From NCBI RefSeq assembly GCF_004010195.1, contig NW_025215150.1, forward strand, positions 1-37,586: a stretch of 37,586 nucleotides of DNA, read 5' to 3'. The DNA comes from Chiloscyllium plagiosum (lineage: Eukaryota). A program made the position numbers and the translations under genes. Of the stretch, positions 32,118 through 37,586 are shown piece by piece. Positions within the stretch are counted from its first letter, which is position 1. Each line of letters begins with the position of its first letter. The notes below the pieces were generated by a model. The model worked only from the letters and a program-made list of their open reading frames with translations, made no database searches and was not told where the DNA came from.

Positions 32118-33339
32118 CACACTTTCTTTGGATATAAGTGTTAGGGGTTGGGCCAGCTTATATTGCCCATTCTTAATTGCCCAGAGGGTGGTTAAGAGTC
32201 AGCCATATTGCTGTGAGCCTGGAGTCACATGTAGGTAAGACTAGCAGTTTCCTTCCCGAAAAGAAACCAGGTGGATTTAACCCTGATAATCAACAATGAT
32301 TTCATGTTTGTCATCGAATTCAGATTCTATCATTTTCCATGGCAGAATTTGAACCCAGGTTTCCAGAACATGACTTGGGTTTCAGGATTTATAACAATAT
32401 TACCACTAGGCTATCACCTCCTCAAGACCAGTCAGAGTTCACCAACCTCCCCCTGTCTGACATCTCTCCTGACTCCTATCTTGGCCAAACAGGGCAGCAG
32501 CTAAATGCCAGCACTTCTCCAGGTGTGCAGCCCACTTTGTAAGTTAGCACAAGGGATGCTGGTCTTCGGGCAGATATCTGGCAAGCGGCATGTTGCTCCA
32601 GGAACATTGTGTGGTAAGCCAGAGTGAAAATTGGATGGGATACTCACCGTAAGTTCAGGAACCATGTGGACTGCACTGGCTCAAGGAGAAGATCCACTAT
32701 CACCACCTTCTCAGGAGCAACCAGGGAGGGACAGAAAATGTCAGCTTTATCAGCACAAATAAAATGTTGATTTGATTTCTTGTAACTGGTTATATTTATC
32801 CTTTAATCCCAATGCCTAAACATCCAACAATTTTATTTAGATTTCTTAGTTGGAGCTTCTCTGTCAGTATTAGAGTTTTCCATGACTTTTGAAACCATCT
32901 TTGAATGTTCCTTGATCTAGGTGACAAATGGTGAGAACTGCTGATCCTACAGGAGGATGCCAGGATGGTGACACTGGCTCTCTGAGAGTTGGGTGCCAAT
33001 GTCCATTGTGAGAGGGTAAATATGGCTGGTTCTGGTGCATCATGCCCCACTCTGCACACTGCCAGTGGGCAAGATGGAGATCATTCAGATTAGGCAGTTC
33101 TTGAATTGCTGAGAACTGCTCTGGTTTCCATGTCAAGCTTTCCTGACAGTTAGTCTGGCAAATTTAGTAAGATTGCAACTGGCCAACAGTGTGGCAATTG
33201 GGCTTTTACAAGGTATTTAACAAGTAATAATGTGTCATAATCATCGAGTCATACAGCACGAAAACAGACCCTTCAGTCCAGCTAGTGCCAATTGAAAACA
33301 TTCTGCTGTCAAGCAAGGATCTCATCACATTACTTCAGA

Positions 33340-33835
33340 AAATCAAGATGGTGAGTGACTTGAAGATCGAAGTTACAGGTGTGGTGTTCCCACGTATCTG
33401 ACAACCTTGTCTGTCTCGACGGTCGTGGCCATGGGTTTTGAAGTACTGTCTGAGGAGCGTCATTAATGGAGGGAGTGACTGTTTGTGGATGTGGTACCAG
33501 TCAAGCGGGCTGCTTTGTCCTGGATGGTAAGAGGAAGGGAGGGCTGCAGATGCTCGAGATTAAAGTCAAAAAGTGTGGCGCTGGAAAAGCACAGATCAGG
33601 CAGGCTGGTGACACAGGAATGAAGGGCTTATGCCCGAAACATCGACTCTCCTGTTCCTCGGACGCTCCTTGTCCTGGATGGAGTCAAGCATTTTGAGTAT
33701 TGTTGGAGCTGGACTCATCCAGGTGAGTAGGAAGTATTCCTTCACAATCTCGGCTTGTGCCTTGTAGATGGTGACAGGCTTTGTGGAGTCAGGCGGCAAT
33801 ACTCCTCCCCTCTGACCTACACCTGCAGCCACTGT
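33340..33835 (-). mobile_element. CR1-group LINE, second family fragment
   Basis: Minus-strand TIYKAQAEIVKEYFLLTWMSPAPTILKMLDSIQDK. Confidence 0.75.
33528..33668. mobile_element. Penelope-derived fold-back mini-element, internally deleted
   Basis: ctgcagatgct...gtgtggcgctggaaaagcacag left arm plus atgaagggcttatgcccgaaacatcgactctcc right arm; 13-bp TSD ttgtcctggatgg (33515-33527, 33669-33681). Confidence 0.8.
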
Positions 33836-34440
33836 AGTTGTAAGGCTGGTTAATAAATGACAATTCTCCAATGTAATTAACTAAGAAATTCTTGGGAATA
33901 TATCTTTAGGTTATATTCAAAATATTATAATAAAGGAGATATTTAAATTAAGCTCACTTTTGTTCCTTTATGGAGTCATCTACTCAGTTCAGCTGAAGCA
34001 TGTTCTCAGTTCTTGGACCACCATATCTTAATATTTGGTAATCAAAGTTATAAGTAAGGGCAGGTTTAGATTCACATTCAAGCCAGCCATCAATGAACCT
34101 TTCTCTGCTCGTCTCAGTTTCTTCTGTTCTCCTACTTTGTATTGCCTTGACCTGCTGCTACAAGTTTCCATTTCTCTCCTCCTTCATTTCCTCCTCAGGT
34201 CTGTCTTAATCCTTTGTGATCCCCAACGTAACACTTCTATCCTATATGCTTTCTTTGTCCTGTTCCTTCGCAGCCAAGTGAGCTACTTCTCACAGTTCAC
34301 ATTTTCCAAGATCTGTTTCTTTCTGGTAATGGTGTTTCCGTTCACAGGTGGATTTAATTCCATTTAAACAACTTGTAAAGACAACACACAGCGCACTCTT
34401 CCATAAAGAGATCTAATTTATGATGTCATATGGAGGTGAT

Positions 34441-34812
34441 TGGGATGGGACCATTCTCCACAGCAGGTTCCCTGCCGCCGATTAGCCACTGACCTTTGAC
34501 CGCCGAGGACGCTTAGCCACCGCCCATTGGCCACTGAAGACGATTCGCCACCTCAAGTGTTTGTAACTCATTTTTATACATAAACCATTAAAATGATATT
34601 GATTTTAAAAAAAAAGGTAAAATAAATATGTAGCATGTAGTTGTATAAAAGGGGACTGAGAATTATGAAAGAACAGGTGGGAGGGAAAACAATCAGTACA
34701 TATATATATATTTCAGGTGGCAAATAATCTCCAGAGGTCAAACAACCCCAGTGGAGAAACGCTGGTGGTAAACCGGCGGTGGTGAACGTGCCGTGGTGAA
34801 TCATCATCAACC
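34441..34812. mobile_element. Non-autonomous DNA transposon, Mutator/Foldback-like
   Basis: Imperfect ~50-bp TIRs (30/41 identical, ungapped), built of (A/G)TTCGCCAC-like modules that face inward from both ends; AT-rich core; 9-bp direct repeat ggaggtgat at 34432-34440 and 34813-34821. Confidence 0.7.
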
Positions 34813-34935
34813 GGAGGTGATATGTCTAAGATGACCAATAACACCGTTGTGAGCCTAAGAAACTCACTAGGAATCAGTACAAGGTGATACTCTCCTTGAT
34901 TCTCTGGCTGCGAGAGAAATAACTCTGACTGAGGA

Positions 34936-35235
34936 ATCATAGAATCCATACAGTGTGGAAACAGGCCATTTGGCCCATCAGGTCCACACCAACCCTCTAA
35001 AGAGTAAACCACCCAGACCCAATTCCCTGCCCTACATTTTAGCCCTGACAAAAGCACCAGTTTACACATCCCAGAACACTATGGGCAATTCACCTAACAC
35101 TTGCACATCTTTGGATTGAGAGAGGAAACCCATGCAGAGAATGTGTAAACTCCACACGGACACAGTCACCCAGAGCTGGAATCAAACCCAGGTCCCTGGC
35201 ACTGTGAGGCAGCAGCACTAGCCACATGCCATCGC
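34936..35235 (-). mobile_element. HE1/V-SINE-like SINE
   Basis: atacagtgtggaaacaggcc...ggtccacacc...aaactccacac...ggtccctggcactgtgaggcagcagcactagccac. Confidence 0.88.
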
Positions 35236-35470
35236 AACATTGTTAATAACCTGGTTTGATATCAAAACCAGGTTCAGGAGATGCACTGCTGAATGCCAGA
35301 TGTGTAAAGCTTTAGGCACTGAAAATACAAAACTGATGCTCTGTATACAGTGACTGTAAAATCAACCCCACAAAGACCTATGAAATAATACAAGACTAAT
35401 CACCAAGTCAATGCCTCTTCTAAAAGGGTATCAAATCAGTTGCCTTTTAAAGTCATCTTCCGCCTGGGAA

Positions 35471-35559
35471 CTGAAGAAGGGCTTATGCCCGAAACGTCAA
35501 TTCTCCTGCTCCCTGGATGCTGCCTGACCTACTGCGTTTTTCCAGCAAGACATTTTCAG
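35471..35559 (+). mobile_element. Penelope-derived mini-element starting exactly at a hammerhead core
   Basis: CUGAAGA A GGGC UUAU GCCC GAA ACGU C^ AAUUC then ...ggatgctgcctgacctactgcgtttttccagcaagacattttcag. No TSD seen. Confidence 0.8.
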
Positions 35560-35931
35560 AATAGATTAAAACTGCCTATTTGACCATCTACTCTACTGTT
35601 GGAATGGGGTTGGTCGTCAAATCTTTAAGCTCACTCAGTTATTATGAATTTTGTACTTGAATTCTCCAGTCGTATCTCACTGTTCAAGTTCAGTAGTTTG
35701 CTTGTTTCAATCTGATCGATATCTTTCATTATAACAAAGACATGTAGCTGGTCTCTATTTTGTACAAAACTCAATGCTATTATACATGGTATACAGCAGT
35801 TTTATATGTTTACACTGGCTGTCTAATTGTACACACAGCATTTTCTTAAATACCTAGCCCCAAGTTGGCAACCAAGACACTGCATGAAACCCCTGAACTC
35901 TTCCATGACGGCAAATGCTAATTTAGTGAGA

Positions 35932-36223
35932 TAGTCATTTTGTCCCTTATATAAATCATTTGGATGTAAATGTAGTTAATTTGCAAATGACACCAAAACT
36001 AGAGGACATAAATTTAAAAAAAAAAAGAGGGGAAAGATTAAAAGGGAACAACTTTTTTCACACAGAGGGTGGTGTGAGTATGGAACGAGCTGCCAGAGGA
36101 AGGAGAGTGAGCTGGTACAATTGCAACTCTTAAAAAAGGTATCTGAATGGGTACATGAATAGAAGGGGTTTTGGAGGATATGGGCCAACTGCTATCAAAT
36201 GGGACGAGGTCAATTTAAGATAT
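35932..36223 (+). mobile_element. CR1 fragment with internal deletion, 3'UTR cut off by Tx1 copy 3
   Basis: tttgcaaatgacaccaaaa (FADD region) joined directly to actagaggacataaattt...cacacagagggtggtg...ggaacgagctgccagagg. Confidence 0.85.
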
Positions 36224-37586
36224 CTGTTAAAGTGGGGATAAGAATTGCCAGTATCAATGTGCGTAGCATCAAATCGGCTACACGATGTGTTTCTACGATG
36301 GCCTTCCTGGCCAACGTAAAAGCCGATGTCCTGTTCCTGCAGGAGTGTGGGATACCGCACCTCAGCAGCTACAGGTGATGGTCGAGCTTGTGGCCCCATG
36401 GGCCGTCAGTTTGGTCGGGGGGCAACGCTAGCCGCGCCTCCGGCCTGAGTATCCTGTTGAGAGGAGGCAACTTCACCATTTCCGAGGTTAAGGGGGTGGT
36501 GGCCTCTTCGTCACCGACGTCATGTATGGGAAAGCTCCCCTGAGACCTATTAATGTGTACGCCCCAGTGGGTAAGAGTGAACGGTTGGCCGTCCTGCAGC
36601 AGATTCCACTGTTGCTGGCTACGTCCAGGCCGGTCATTCTGGCCGGAGACTTCAACTGTATCATCGATGCAGATGGACGATCCGGCGGGGGGGACAGTAA
36701 ACTGGACGCCACATCCAGAGCCCTGATGGACATAGTAAAAGATGCCAAGCTGCACGTTGTCTTCAGCACCCCTGCAGATGGAGCGCAGCGTAGATACACC
36801 TGGTCACGGGCAGACGGGTCTATCCGCTCAAGGATAGATTACCTGTTTGTGTCCCGAACGCTCTCGGTCAGATCCACCGACGTCAAGCCAGTGTTCTTCT
36901 CTGACCACTGCCTCCTGCTGGCCGACTGTCACCTACAGGACAAGCAGCGGGCTGGTAAGGGAACGTGGAAGCTGAACACAAAGCTGTTGACCCCAGGAAA
37001 CATTGAGGAGCTCAAGAGGGACTACGCAGGTTGGAGAACCGTGAACCCCCTCTTTGTGTCCCCAGCGGACTGGTGGGAAGCAGTAAAAGGGAACATCAAG
37101 AGGTTTTTCATCCTCAAAAGGTGTTCAGGAGGCGAGAGAGAGGCGGGGAAAACTGTCCCAGGTCCAGGAAAGTATGCAGAACCTGCTCCTGCTGCAGACG
37201 ATGGGGGTCGATGTTACGGAGGACCTCAAGGAGGTGAAGGGCCAGCAAGCCTCGCTCTTTGCTTCAGAGGCCTCCAAGATAATCTTCCGGTCCAGGGTCC
37301 GCTCGGTGGAGCAGGACGAGACGTGCTCACATTTCTTCTTCCAGAAGGTGCACAAAGAAAGCTCCGTGCTCAGCAGCCTGAAGGAAGAAGATGGCTCGGT
37401 AACATCATCTGAGGCTGACGTCATGAGGATCAGCAAATCCTTCTATGCCAGTCTGTATAACGCGAAACCGACCGACAGCACGGCCTCTCAGTCGTTCCTG
37501 TCCTCTATCACGGAGGTCTTAGACGACAGAACACGGGAGAGGCTGGACCAGCCGCTATCTCTGGACGAGCTGACCAAGGCCCTCGA
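36224..37586 (+). mobile_element. Tx1/L1-clade copy 3 (ORF2 APE domain onward; runs off window), defective
   Basis: Starts at the ORF1-stop/ORF2-start junction (ctgttaaa gtg ggg ata aga). ORF 36522-37412 has NVYAP, LAGDFNC, YTW, SRIDYLFVS, FSDH, WKLN. Stop and frameshifts. Inverted relative to copy 1. Confidence 0.93.

Noticed and set aside
34035..34367. Hydrophobic 110-aa ORF as a membrane protein
   Set aside because: Derives from a pyrimidine-rich low-complexity tract with a non-ATG start; no motif or splice support.
28900..36220. Search for upstream TMEM71 exons (CRRSPRLLTNGYY...YKENLV-like)
   Set aside because: No matching minus-strand sequence found by eye; presumably beyond the right edge of the window.
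1..37586. Prokaryotic-type systems (CRISPR array, operon, retron or other RT-linked defence system)
   Set aside because: All RT/endonuclease ORFs belong to vertebrate LINE clades (CR1, Tx1, Penelope). There are no regularly spaced repeats or operon structure, and the host gene is spliced.

Overview
Eukaryotic, repeat-rich vertebrate genomic DNA with two N-gaps (3118-3363, 21601-22475). It is almost certainly from a cartilaginous fish, inferred from HE1/V-SINE-type SINEs with (TAATC)n tails, shark-type CR1 LINEs and Penelope fragments. The left end holds a small tRNA cluster: tRNA-Met(CAT) on +, tRNA-Ala(AGC) on -, and a decayed duplicate of the Met unit. The minus strand carries the 3' half of a spliced host gene that the ORF track misses. 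Five in-phase GT-AG exons (28886-28714, 25742-25548, 18898-18823, 18727-18663, 18556-18489) plus a probable last coding exon (14299-14276) encode a TMEM71 orthologue with two C-terminal transmembrane helices. I found no 5' exons in the window. The rest is nested mobile DNA: two CR1-group LINE families, three copies of a Tx1/L1-clade element, Rex/Babar-like 3' ends, two SINE families, two solo LTRs, a Mutator-like TIR element, and eight Penelope-derived pieces. The most interesting signal is that the Penelope pieces are mostly ~90-220 bp mini-elements, five of them with 9-14 bp TSDs, built around a minimal hammerhead-ribozyme motif (CUGANGA-stem II-GAAA-palindrome-UH) whose stems covary across three sequence families. 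Some are hairpins, and two lie on the transcribed strand of the same putative TMEM71 intron. All calls were made by eye with no database searches.
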